DNA of 63,845 bases. Source: Carcharhinus longimanus. Its lineage: Eukaryota. The notes under the pieces were generated by a model that saw only the letters and a list, made by a program, of their open reading frames with translations, made no database searches and had not been told where the DNA came from. The stretch is from positions 58,329,637 to 58,393,481 of the forward strand of contig JASCQW010000112.1 in assembly GCA_030264375.1 (NCBI GenBank). Direction: 5' to 3'. This document shows positions 25,581-37,353 of this stretch, piece after piece (within the stretch, counting starts at the first letter, position 1; every line of letters starts with the position of its first letter). The translations under genes and the position numbers were made by a program.

Positions 25581-25809
25581 CTTGTAGAATAAGTTCCCCA
25601 TAATTAGTGATAGAATTCCTGTTGTACTTTATATTCAGGGTAGAATTTGAGTTCCTCTATGTGAAGAATTACTGTCTCTCACTATGGGTTCTAACTTGTG
25701 TTTGTTGTAATGATTGCAGAGTAAGGAGCATCGGTTAGACAGAATTATAAACAATTTGCAGCGCTCTATCCAACCGGCTCATATTCCACACGAGCTTCTA
25801 CCTTTATTG

Positions 25810-26003
25810 AAATTGTTGTAATTTTTCACCATTTAAACAATAGTCCATTTTACTATTATTTCTCCCAAAGTGGATAACCTCACACTTGCCAATGTTATAC
25901 TCCATCTGCCAGATCCTCGCCCACTCACTCAGCCTACCCAAATCTCTCTGCAGACTTTCCGCGTTCTCCACGCAACTTGCTTTCCCACTCATCTTTGTGT
26001 CAT
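25810..26003 (-). mobile_element. CR1 ORF2 fragment
   Basis: LQRDLGRLSEWARIWQMEYNIGKCEVIHFGR. Confidence 0.85.
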
Positions 26004-26088
26004 TAGCTGAGCTTCTGGATTAATAGTCTCGAGATAATACTACCAGGCCATTGCCTCCCCTAAATTCAGAGCAATATCAGGAGATTAC

Positions 26089-26142
26089 CTTGTAACCTTC
26101 ATCTCCCGGTTCCCCTCGATCTCCGCGGGGACCCCCGGGGCC
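26089..26142 (-). pseudogene. Isolated 54-nt collagen triple-helix exon (GPGGPRGDRGEPGDEGYK), resembling clade C fibrillar collagens COL24A1/COL27A1; orphan or nested
   Basis: - strand: cattcttctctttcacag|GGC CCC GGG GGT CCC CGC GGA GAT CGA GGG GAA CCG GGA GAT GAA GGT TAC AAG|gtaatc; six exact Gly-X-Y triplets, phase 0/0. Confidence 0.7.
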
Positions 26143-28239
26143 CTGTGAAAGAGAAGAATGTGTGATATATCGTGTAAAGATGTCACTTATACCCAATCAC
26201 TGGAGATTAAACCATTCCTTCCGCTTATATTTGTTGTTGTCAGTTTGACTGTCTGAGTACATTTGAATCCCTCAGTGGTTGAAGAATTGTTTTTCAAGTT
26301 GAAGTATAATTACTTTTCAATATCAGGTCCAGGTTACATTTTGAGTTTTAGGCTATCAGTTTTTCATGAAAAAAACTTCCCAAGACATCAGATCATTCCA
26401 GATGCTTATTTTAATAAGAAACATTTTTCGAGCTTTAGCTGCTTTCCGATTGGATCCAAAATAATCTTGCTGGATTCACACAGCCAGCTACTGGAAGGAC
26501 CTGAGTGAGAGGGTGAGACTCGTGCTCGAGAAGGGAGTGACACTGGAACCAGTCTGAATGCTGGATCACGCTGGAGAGGTTGTCCGGTTCATCCTGTCTC
26601 CCCATTGCTACGAGTGTCCCATGGCACAACTGTGTCAGAGATTGAGTAGGAGGCAGGGGGAGAACGAGAGCAGGACTCATGGAAAAGGACCTTCCCGGGC
26701 GGGGGGGAATACAAGGAGCAACTGGCCGGAGATTGGGAGAGAGAAGACCCAAGCCGCCTCCTTTGTGATAGCAAGAAATCTCACAACACCAGGTAAAAGT
26801 CCAACAGGATTATTTGGAATCACGAGCTTTTGGAGCGCCGCACCTTTATCAGGTGAGCGAGTGTGCGGCTCGCCAAAATACGGAACAAGCGAATGATTAA
26901 CAGGTGACCAGCAACACTTCCTCAGGACCGGGCCAATGGGGGCAGGAGGTCAGCCCACTGACAGCCAATCAGAGGCTGGAAAACACTTTTGTTCTTCAGC
27001 GCCACTGGGAGGGTGGTGGCTGCTGCAGGAAGTGCACCCACTGGAGGTCCAGATTCACAGAGCAAGCTGGTCCACAGATTGGCAGGAGGGGTTTCGAGGG
27101 GTGGGGTGTTGTGAGGATGGGGTTGTAGGAGGGTCAGCAGCAAGAGGAGTGGGGTGGATTTCAGTGGGTCCCTCCCATCCCAGTGTCAAGTCCCTCAATC
27201 AGACACTGAGTGCCTTGAATCCACCCTCCGCCTTCCCACCTGAGTAAATACTGCCCCCACCTCCAAACTTGGCATATGGGAGTGTGGAAAATACCATCCT
27301 ATATTACAGCAAACAAACTCTTTTTGCTCAGCAGAGTCTGTTTAAACAATGCACAAAGCAACAAGTCTATAGCGTCTAATTAAGGAAAGGCTTGGAAGAA
27401 CAGCAAACAGAACTCAGGGCCATGACTGCAACAACTTCTCCAGATAAAAAGCTGGGCCATTTCTCTGGAAAAATGCAGTGAGTGGAGGATAGTCAGATCG
27501 AATAATTCCCAGACACTCAGCAACATGGTCTCCTGTTGTGATTGAGGCTGGAATCACCCGATCATCTCCAATCTGGGTGGGAACAGCAGTGACACCAACA
27601 CTGAACTCAATCTACAGGAGGTTTTGCGGCGCAGTGAACAGCCAGCAGCGTCTCTGCCTCTCTACCTGGAAGCTCCGGGTTCGAGTAGGTGATGAAGGGA
27701 GATGTGTTTCTGGGTGGGGTGAAGCAGATTGAATAGCGATCTAAAATCCTTCCAAAGTGAGAGCGGGAGAGATTCCTGGTCAGCCTTTGGTGGAAAGAAG
27801 ATTGAAGAGAGCTCCAACATGCATGTAGGGGGTGTGTTGACATAGCAACACGGATACTGAGCGAATTGCAACACATCACCAACCCCAGTGTAAAAGCAGC
27901 TCTCTCACACCTCTCTGTGATATGCCTCCATTTCTATCTCCTTCTGACCATTTGGAGGCCTGTCAATTTCTAAGCTCCACCCCTATGGCCCATTTGAGGT
28001 GCTTTCTAACACATCCTCCCTCATGACTGCAACGATGGTCTCTTTTTATCAATAATGGAATACTCTTCTCTCACATCCCTCCCGATCAGGCCTGAACCTT
28101 CTCTACGCTGGAACTTTGAGTTGCTGTCCTTCTTTCATGCCGATTAACGCTCTAAATTTACTTGCTTTACCAGACAGCCTCCTTGATTAAAAGTGACGCA
28201 ATTTAGCCTCCCAATCCTCCCATGATCGTGCTCATGTGT

Positions 28240-28480
28240 TTGCTTGCTGGATTGATATCGATTTCCTTCTAAATTTGACCGAACCCTTGCTCACAATGTT
28301 ACATTTATTCTGTGTCCCGTTTCCTTGCCAAATTTGTTTAAAACCTCCCCAGCAGCACGAGCAAATCTCCCAGCGAGGATAGTGGACCTGCACGGGTCCC
28401 ACCTGCCCCAAAAACTGCCCCAATGATCCATAAATTGAAAAGCCCTCCCTCCGGCACTGTCCCTTTAACCGCACATTCAC
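28240..28480 (-). mobile_element. CR1 ORF1 (esterase-like) remnant
   Basis: VNVRLKGQCRREGF.. resembles CR1 ORF1 NxWLxxWCRREGF; frameshifted. Confidence 0.5.
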
Positions 28481-28599
28481 CACACCAGCACATTAATGGC
28501 TGTCACTTTCCTTCTCTGATGGGATGTGGGTGTCACTGGCTGGGCCGGCATTTGTTGCCCATCCCTAAATTGCCCTTCATATGAGCGTCTCATTCGATC

Positions 28600-29165
28600 A
28601 TTTTTACCAGGATGTTGCCTGGTTTGGTGGGAAGGTCTTATGAGGAAAGGCTGAGGGACTTGAGGTTGTTTTCATTAGAGAGAAGAAGGTTACGAGGTGA
28701 CCTAATTGAGGCATACAAGATGATCAGAGGGTTAGATAGGGTGGANNNNNNNNNNNNNNNNNNNNNNNNNNNNNNNNNNNNNNNNNNNNNNNNNNNNNNN
28801 NNNNNNNNNNNNNNNNNNNNNNNNNNNNNNNNNNNNNNNNNNNNNATTAACTAAGTCAGTCCTGCCCTGGTTCAATGTACCAAAATGCATCACCTCACAT
28901 TTGTCTAAATTAAACTCCATCCTTCATTCATCAGCCCACTGGCCCAATTGATCAAGATCCCTTTGCAATTGGAGATAACTTCCTTCACTGTCCACTACGC
29001 CACCAATCTTGGTGTCATCTGCAAACTTACTAACCATGCCTCCTACATTCTCATCCACATCATTAATACAAATGACAAATAATAGTGGACCCAGCACTGA
29101 TCCCAGAGGCACACTGCTGGTCACAGGCCTCCAGTTTGAAAAGCAACCCTCTAAAACCACCCTGT
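28600..29165. mobile_element. Two CR1 ORF2 fragments in opposite orientation on either side of an N gap
   Basis: + strand: YEERLRDLRLFSLERRRLRGDLIEAYK; - strand: GSVLGPLLF..SKFADDTKIGG..LQRDLDQL. Confidence 0.85.
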
Positions 29166-30454
29166 ACATCACCATAGGGTGCTACTGTTTCATCTCACAG
29201 TCAAAAGATGTGCAGGTTAGGTGGATTGGCAATGCTAAATTGCACCTTAATGTCCAAGATGTGTAGGTTAGCAGGATTAGTGGGGTAAGTACGTGGCCTG
29301 GATAAGATGCTTTGTTGGAGAGTCAGTGCAGACTCAATGGGATGAATGGCCTCCCCTGCTCTGTAGGGAATCTATGATTCTAAGGTGCAGAGGTTTTCTA
29401 CATGCTACACTCATCCCATCAACATTGGGCAGGTACAGTTTAGGTTAGGTACAGAGTAAAACTCCTACACTGGCTCATCAAACACTCCCAGGACAAGTAT
29501 ACGTACTCCCTCTGTGCAGTTCCATTAATGTGCTTCATACCTAATCTTCCTGTGACTTTGTGTTTTTTATTTTGCAAGCCCGTAATGTTTAGGGCTCTGT
29601 GAGCAGCAACAATAATTTAATGCCAGTGATTGCTGAATTGTGGTCAGAATTTTATACTCCTTTGGGAGTGCGCTGGTAGGTGGGGGACAGTGTTGAGTGC
29701 CATAACTATTGCCTCCCACTGGAACTTTTCCAGCAGTGGAGTAGGTGTTGGGTGACCCGCCCATCATTGGGCCATTTGAGGCCCATAAGTGACCAATTAA
29801 TGCCTTTTCCCACCACCACTGGTATTTAATGAGTTGCAGGGGTGGCTCGTGCCAGATGATGAGACGGGCAGGTATATCCCAGCAGCTGGCTGCACCCTCA
29901 GGTGGGGGTTGGAGTGTGATCCCTTATGTTCAGACATCCTGTACAACACAGAGGGCCTGCCGAGGTCATACACACACTTGCTTAATCCCCCCTGCCCACC
30001 CCAACTCCCAATTGCGGCCCCTCACTGGCTCTTGCCTGCGCCACCTACTGGCTTCCTCCATCGCTGCACCTGGTTCAGGGTGGCTGCAGTTCCAGCAGTA
30101 GCCACTGCTTTCAGTGATGCTGCTGGGACTAAAGAGTGGCTGCCCCTTCTGCTTGGCCAGCAGCTCTTTGGAGGTAGGATACCCTGACTCAGGGGTATGG
30201 AAGCCAATTAATTGCCTAATGACCATAAAATCCAGTTGTAGTTCCCAAGACCTCAGAGGTAAGCTTGCCTTCGACGTTCCAACTGGTGGACTAGCCATTA
30301 AATCCCAATCACAGAGCATGACCTAGAACAGTTACTGATGCACCAGTGAATACAGTGTTGCTCACCTGCCTTAGTGTTATATTCCTGAGATACATGGCCC
30401 TGTGATATTCCCTGGTTGGTTTTATAGTTCCAAACAGCTGGCTTAATTTCACAT

Positions 30455-30690
30455 GGTTTATTTGTAACAAACGCCACTAACTTTCAGAGCGCTGCTCTTT
30501 CGTCAGGTGAGTGGGGGTTCTGATCACAAAATATGCATTGTTTGTAACCAGAACTCCCCACTCACCTGACGAAGGAGCAGTGCTCCGAAAGCTAGTGTTG
30601 TTTGTTACTAAATAAACCTGTTGGACTTTAACCTGGTGTTGTGAGACTTCTTACTGTGTTTACCCCAGTCCAACACCGGCATCTCCACAC
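30455..30690. mobile_element. Penelope-like terminal repeat pair in inverted orientation
   Basis: About 30455-30530 is the reverse complement of about 30540-30620; followed by aataaacctgttggactttaacctggtgttgtgagac, which recurs near 1255, 11460, 26780 and 49580. Confidence 0.7.
30563..30597 (+). ncRNA. Minimal hammerhead ribozyme motif in a Penelope-like terminal repeat (family A)
   Basis: CAC-CTGACGA-A-GGAGC AGT GCTCC-GAA-AGCT-A-GTG. Confidence 0.62.
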
Positions 30691-31037
30691 CTTAATTTCA
30701 CATAGCATGGTAATTAGGACCAGCAAAGTTTGGTGAAGTGCAGGTTCGTTAACTTGCCACTGAGTGCCCTATCTCAGTCACGTCCATTACAAGGTGACCA
30801 CAACCAGCTCAGCCAGAGATTGCCCTTTGGGAATGAGTGGAGGCCCAGGTAGGTCAGTGAGAACCTGGGATACTGACCTGGCATTGGCTGAAATCATTGT
30901 CTGTCCATGGGAATGGGAGTAGAGAAACTGTGGGAACCAAGTATCATATTTCTTTACAAATGGCTTTTGTTGCAGAATGTAACAGTGCTTGTTCCAGTAA
31001 CATAAATGTGCTGACTCAACCATGTGACCCCTTGTAG

Positions 31038-31156
31038 GACTTGACGGTGGACGATGCTCACATCAAGACTATCAATAGCCTGGCCACCCGGCTGGAGAAA
31101 CAGAACAAAGATGACACTGGGACTATTCAGCGACGCAAGCAGCAGCTGAATGAAAG
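31038..31156 (+). CDS. SPTBN5: SPTBN5 exon 7, phase 0/2
   Basis: ttgtag| ... |gtcagc; DLTVDDAHIKTINSLATRLEKQNKDDTGTIQRRKQQLNE(R). Confidence 0.93.
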
Positions 31157-33286
31157 GTCAGCCCAACCCCTTCATCCTCCTGTCCCGAATCGGCTAGCAG
31201 CTCCTCATTCTCCAGCACTGCCAGCTCCCTGCTCACAGCTAGCCTACACATGAATAGCTGGGGGATCTCAGAGGGTTCCAAGATTCACTTCTGATCAGTG
31301 CTTCCTCAGTTATTGAGACACTACAGGTTGAGGCCTTGATTGACCTGCAAGGGGTGGGCAGGGAGCAAATCCTGCTCCTGGTTAAAAACCAGCAATCCCT
31401 GCTGGAAAATAATTGTATTGATGCTGAGTGAGGACAAGGTGAATGTCCCAATGATTCTCAAGCTGGAATGTCCCACCTCAGCGGATTGACCATTCATTCT
31501 GCTCTTAACTCTTGCAGGTTCTAACTCACTTCAATTGTTTGAGCAGCTTTTTAAGCAGGATTCTGATTGGTGTCCTTCTCTGAGCAGGGAAAGAGAAGAC
31601 ATTTACAGACAAAAGGAAGACACTTGATGGCCTTTAATTGACTAGATTCCAGGAGCAGATTTAATTTTCATTAGTCCTTTATCTACCCAGAAGTGATATG
31701 TTATATTATGTTTTTGTTCTCCCTTACTGTTCCATTTAAACATGCCCAGCTCATCACTTCCAGGGAAATTCCTGGATGTGGTTGTGTGCCAGGGCAAGAT
31801 GACAGAACCACTGCTCTCCTAGTTGTCCACCTCTTTTTAGCCTGTCAAACCAGTGATACTCCAGTCAAAATCCTCTTGTTCGGTGCTTCAGTGAAAAAGT
31901 GGCCAATTGGCTGAGTGCACTTTTAGGAAGGGAGAAAGGGTAAGATCAAAAATATTATACTGGAGGTCTGTGTCATAGATCAGTGCTACGTTGAAGCTTA
32001 GAATACAACTTACATTGCAAGTAGAATGTAGTAAAACATCCCAAGGAGCTTTGCAGAAGCATAATCATGATATGGAGCATTTAAAATAGATATCAGTATA
32101 GGTGACCAAAAGCTTTGTCTAAGAGGAAGGTTTAAGGGGTGTCTTAAAGGAGCAAAGTGAGGTAGAGAGATGGAGATGTTTAAGGAGAGAATTCCTGAAA
32201 GGCTAAAGTTACAGCCAGCAATGTGGAACTAAGAGATTGAGGGATGTGCTGGAGTTGGAAAAATGTGGAGTCGTTAAAGAGTTGGGGGGAGGTTATAGGG
32301 ATGGGGAAAGGATGAGGAAATTAAACTTGAGATAGGGTTACTTCATTCATATTACAAGAAAATTGTAGATGTGATGGCCATTCAGTTTTTCCAAGCTCTT
32401 TCATCCAGATATAATCCAGTCGCTCTGATAAAGTTTCAGATTGGTTCTGATAGGATTGTATTTTAATTACCTCAGTTAAAATTTAGGGTCTGAATCGATA
32501 TCATTAATGTAAATTTGTATTAGTCTCTGGGATACCTATAATTTGCTTGCCTCAGTGCACCCCATCTAATAGACTCCTATTGTCTCCTGGTTCTTTAGCT
32601 AATTTCTTCTTAATTCCAGAAATTTAATCTGAATCCCCAGGACTGAATCCACACCATACATGACATTTCACCTTTCTTAAAACAGCCTAGGAAGTTGATC
32701 AGTTGAATCTTCCCCTTATGATGTCATGTTGGTTGCTGTTTGCTGAGCTAATGATGTACAGATGACCCCAAGTTTACATCTCTAGTCAATTCCATTATTT
32801 TACAAAGAATTGAAACAAGACTAATGGGTCACTAGTGTCCTCCTAATTTGCCTTCTCTTATTGAGCCTAAAGCATTAGGTTTGCTTTTTTCCAATCTAAT
32901 CTTAAACCCTTCTGCACAATGTGTAGTGATTCCTATGTAATGGTAGATTGTGTCCCTCTTGGTCTTTTGTGGTTAGTCCTTGGGGATTTGCATGTTGTGA
33001 TTGCCTATCTAGGATATCTGTATTTGTATTGAAGTTATTGAACAATAACAGAGCCGCGGTCCATTTATACTTTGCCTCTTTTTTTTCCCAAGTGAAGTCA
33101 AAAGAAAATGGGTGTAGAGTAAAATGTATAATTTACTTTCTGGGATTTTGTTCTCTTTCAGAAGACATATTAATTCTGCCTTGGTAATCCTCGGTTTACT
33201 ATAGCCCAGTGCTCACTCTATCATCCAACTGCCTGCTCACAGTGGTGTCCCGCTGCCATTTAATGTTCTGCTTTCTCTCATTTCAG

Positions 33287-33401
33287 ATGGAACAATTTCC
33301 AGGGAAATTTGAATAAATACAAGAAAAAATTGGCAGAGGCTCTGGAAGTTCATGCCTTAATCAGAGAAATTGATGAAATTAAAGAGAGAATTGGTGAAAA
33401 G
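33287..33401 (+). CDS. SPTBN5: SPTBN5 exon 8, phase 2/0
   Basis: tttcag| ... |gtgaga; WNNFQGNLNKYKKKLAEALEVHALIREIDEIKERIGEK. Confidence 0.95.
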
Positions 33402-33836
33402 GTGAGAGCTATGTAACTGGGCTGTACCATAGTCCCTGCCAGATCTTTGAGTGGGGAGAAATCAGCCGTGGGTGAACCTGCTGAAATGAGGCAAGCTTTA
33501 TGAACAGATAATCCTTTAGTAACCAATTTGGTGTGAGGAATATATATTGAGTGAGGGATATGTCTAAGGATCAGCTCAATGAGTGACAATGAAATAATTT
33601 GAGAACCAAATGGTTCCTGTACCTCTGGACTACAAGAGGTCATGAGAAATGTGGCAGAAAAGGAGTTAAAGAGCTAAAGTTTCTGTTCTCTGTATGTGCA
33701 TTCTAACATTTATAGGGCATGCTGTGTTATTTCTCTGGTTGACGTGTTCTGATTTGCATTAAACTTGGTTTAGGATCACATTAGGCCTCTCAGTTTGATT
33801 AAAGTGGACCCTCTAACTGCCTATTTGTCTTGATAG

Positions 33837-33950
33837 AGTTTGTTGATGCAAGGTCTAGACTATGGCCGGGATGTGGAAAGTGTAGAAAAACTGATAAGGA
33901 GACATAAAGAAACTGAACTGGAAATCACAGTCATCCAGCACAATGCAGAG
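33837..33950 (+). CDS. SPTBN5: SPTBN5 exon 9, phase 0/0
   Basis: tgatag| ... |gtgagt; SLLMQGLDYGRDVESVEKLIRRHKETELEITVIQHNAE. Confidence 0.94.
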
Positions 33951-34339
33951 GTGAGTATTTGGGGATAGCTCCATTGTTCTTCTTCAAATATTGTCCTGGG
34001 ACATTTTACCTTCAGAGGACCGACTGGCCTTCAGTTAAATGGTATCTCTGATAGTGCAGTATTCCCTCCCTATTGAAATGAAATCTTAACCTAAATTTAA
34101 ATGCTCAAGTCGTGGGAATGTAACTTGAACATAACTTTCTGATTCATAGGCAAGTGTTATCACTGAGCCAAGGCTGATACTTCTATTAGGGACCCTCAGC
34201 TACACAGTTTGAAAATGAAGGGTTGGGTATTGTGGCTGGATTAGTTGTGATTTCCTACCAAAGGAAAAAGTCAAGGTCAGAAGGCTCACCTCTGCCAGAG
34301 TATCTGAAACATACAATTTCTGCTTTGTTCTGCACCTAT

Positions 34340-36300
34340 CCTCATTTCCTGGCTGATCTTGACCCCATCATATTTCTCATTCACATGCTGCCCCACAGCA
34401 ACATCATCCAAAAACAGTGTTAGTTTCCACATGTACTCAGATGATATCCAACTCAATCTCATTGCCACCTCTCTCAACCCTTCCACTGTCTCTAAATTAT
34501 CAGACTACTTATCCAAAATCAGTGCTGCATGAGCAAAACTTTCCTCCAACTAAATATCAGGAAGACTGAAACAATAATCTTAAGTCCCTGCTATGAACCC
34601 TGTTCCCTTATCATTAACTCTATGCTTCGTCCTGGTAACAGTCTGAGACCGAACTATACTTCTTGCAACCTTGGTGTAATAGTTATAGTTTTTTTTATTA
34701 GTCACAAATTGGCTTATACTCACTGCAGTGAAGTTACTGTGAAAATCCCCTAGTCGCCACATTCCGGTGCCTGTTCGGGTATACTGATGAAGAATTTAGC
34801 ACGGCCACTTCACCTAATCTGCACATCTTTTGGACTGTGGGAGGAAACCAGAGCACCAGCAGGAAACCCACACAGACACAGGAAGAACTCCACACAGACA
34901 GTGACCCAAGCTGGCAATCGAACCTGTGCCTCTGGTGCTATGAGGCAGCAGTGCTAACCACAATATTTGGCCCTGAGATGAGTTTCCAATAATATTTGTG
35001 CTCTTGCTAGGAACCACCTATTTCCACCTCTGTAACGTTTCCACACCTGCCTCAGTTCACCTGTTGCTCTAACCTTCATTCATGCCTTTGTTTTCTGCAG
35101 ACTTGACAATTCCAACACACTCCTGGCTGACTATCTTCCACCTTCTGTGAATGTGAGGTCCTCCAAAACGCCAGTGCTCGCATCCTAATTCTCATCAAGC
35201 CCCATTCATTCATTGGCCCTGTGCCCACTGTTCCCTATTAAGCCATTGCCATGATTTTAAGGGTGGAATTCTCCTAAGCCCCGCCAGAGTGTTCAATGGT
35301 GGGCATTGCAGGAAAAAGATGGCGGGAGATCCAGAAATTTTTATGCTGGTGTGAATTTACAGTGGACAGGAAAACCCACCAGAGGCTGGCGTGAACCTGC
35401 TTTGCATCCCATTCATGCAGGTTAAGGTCTGACTCCCCCGCCCCCCCACATCAGATTCTCTGCGTTCCCAGGAGGCAAACACACCAGCGTGAAACATGTT
35501 CAGAACAATGTGCCGGGCATTGTTCAGGACTCATCTGAACAATGCCTGGGGCTGCCTCCGGAGTTCAGGATGGAAGCCAACCACAATCCTGGACCCTGGA
35601 ACACCACAGCAATCAGTCAGGGGAGCAACTGCATGTAGACCTTCCAGTTTAGATGTCTTGGAGGCGTCCACCTTTCAGACTCGACTGCTCCAGGGGATCT
35701 ATCATCATTTTCAGATGGTCCACCTTCTTTCTTAAATAGTGGGTCAGTGATGTTGGGTGCCTTTTCAATATGGCACCCAAACATGACACTGGACTACATG
35801 CCATCCAGGCCTGCCCCACCACTGAAAACAGTGTAAAACACAAAGATGCATAATTAATGATGCTGAGGCCAGAAAACTTGGTGTGTTTTTCCATCAGCTG
35901 CCACAGCAGGAAACACTCCATGTTCCTGCCTCAATACTGGCACTATATGGGAGAATTCTGCTCTACAACTCTAAAATCCCTCCACAGCTTTGTCTCTGTC
36001 AAACTCTGTTCCCTTCAACTTTGCAACCTGCTGGAATCTCTGCATTTCCCCAGTGCTGCTCTTTTGAACATCTTTGACTTCAGTCACTCCATGATTGTTG
36101 ATCAAGCATTCAGCTGCTAAAAGGTCTGAGATTTCTCCCTCTCTCTCCTCCTTCCAGATGCTCCTTAAAACTTACAATTTTGGCCAAGTATTTGGTCGCC
36201 TGCCCTGATATCTCATTTTGTGGCTCAGTGTCAATCTTTGTTTGATAAAGTCCCATGAAGCATCTTTAATGGTGCTGTGTAAATCCAAGTTGCTGTTGTT
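34340..36300 (+). mobile_element. Decayed L2 LINE 3' part interrupted by a SINE and a TIR element
   Basis: FHMYSDDIQL (YADDTQL-like), MSKTFLQLNIRKTE, L2-type 3' end; similar L2 ends at about 20470-20930, 32030-32330(-) and 52080-52340. Confidence 0.65.
35261..35963. mobile_element. Harbinger-like TIR element inserted in an L2 fragment
   Basis: TAA|GGGTGGAATTCTCC ... GGAGAATTCTGCTC|TAC. Confidence 0.65.
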
Positions 36301-36346
36301 GGGATTGTACAAGCTTTCACATAGTGAGTTTGTTTATCTGAAACAG

Positions 36347-36468
36347 GAGCTGGAACTTAAAGCCAAGCAAGTCTGGAAGTACCAATCACCAATATGTGAT
36401 AAGCTCAGCCAGAAGCAAGGAGAGATGCAGGAGAGCTGGCTTCGTCTGCAGAAGGAAGCCGAATTGCG
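36347..36468 (+). CDS. SPTBN5: SPTBN5 exon 10, phase 0/2
   Basis: aaacag| ... |gtgagt; ELELKAKQVWKYQSPICDKLSQKQGEMQESWLRLQKEAEL(R). Confidence 0.92.
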
Positions 36469-37190
36469 GTGAGTAAAATCTCCTTTGATAGAGAGTCAAA
36501 AGAGGCACAGGAAAGAAAGAATTTGCATTTCTGCAAGACTTTCCACAGTTTCNNNNNNNNNNNNNNNNNNNNNNNNNNNNNNNNNNNNNNNNNNNNNNNN
36601 NNNNNNNNNNNNNNNNNNNNNNNNNNNNNNNNNNNNNNNNNNNNNNNNNNNNAAAGAATTTGCATTTCTGCAAGACCTTCCACAGTTTCAAGGCCTCCCC
36701 AGGGCCTTACAGTCGGCAAAGCACTTTTGAAGAGCAGCTATATGATAAGTTACCAGATAATCTATTTTTGTTATGTTGATTCAGGGAATAATATTGGTAA
36801 GGGGATGGGAAGAACTGTCTTGTTCTCCTTCATAAAGGTGCTAAAAGGGCAGTCTGGATATCAGTTTACTGTCTTATCTGAGAAACGCTATCACCTACTG
36901 GTTAAAATTCAGGAGAGGAGTTTAAACTGAGAGCTTGGTGAAATCAAGAAGGTAGTGTGCAGCAGTAGTGGATTGTACAGAGTGATAGATGACCAATTTA
37001 AAACATTACTTTCTTAATTGCAATCATATTTACAGTTATAGTTTTGCTGTCAGTCACTATCTCAATTACAGTCTCAATCTCATGTGGACAATGTATGAAG
37101 AGTTGTGTTTTCAGGTTGGTACACTGAGCTTTCTATCATTTCTTGATTGAGTTGTGGACTTTAACTTCAGCTGATTTCTTGTTTCTGCAG

Positions 37191-37353
37191 AAAGGAGAAG
37201 CTGGAAGCTTCATTCCAGCTGCAGAAGTTCAACAGGAGCGTTCGGGAACTGATGGACTGGGCACAGTGGATGAAAACACTGATGGGAAAAGGGAACCTGC
37301 CCAAGAATAAACAAGAAGCAGAGAGCATGATAGAAGAGCATCAAGAGAGAAAG
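37191..37353 (+). CDS. SPTBN5: SPTBN5 exon 11, phase 2/0, GC donor
   Basis: ctgcag| ... AAG|gcaagg; KEKLEASFQLQKFNRSVRELMDWAQW...EAESMIEEHQERK joins TEIDAR of the next exon. Confidence 0.88.

Noticed and set aside
26821-26855. Additional hammerhead copies here (-) and at 49536-49570 (+)
   Set aside because: Core positions are mutated (CUGAUAA/AAAA; GACA), so they are unlikely to be active
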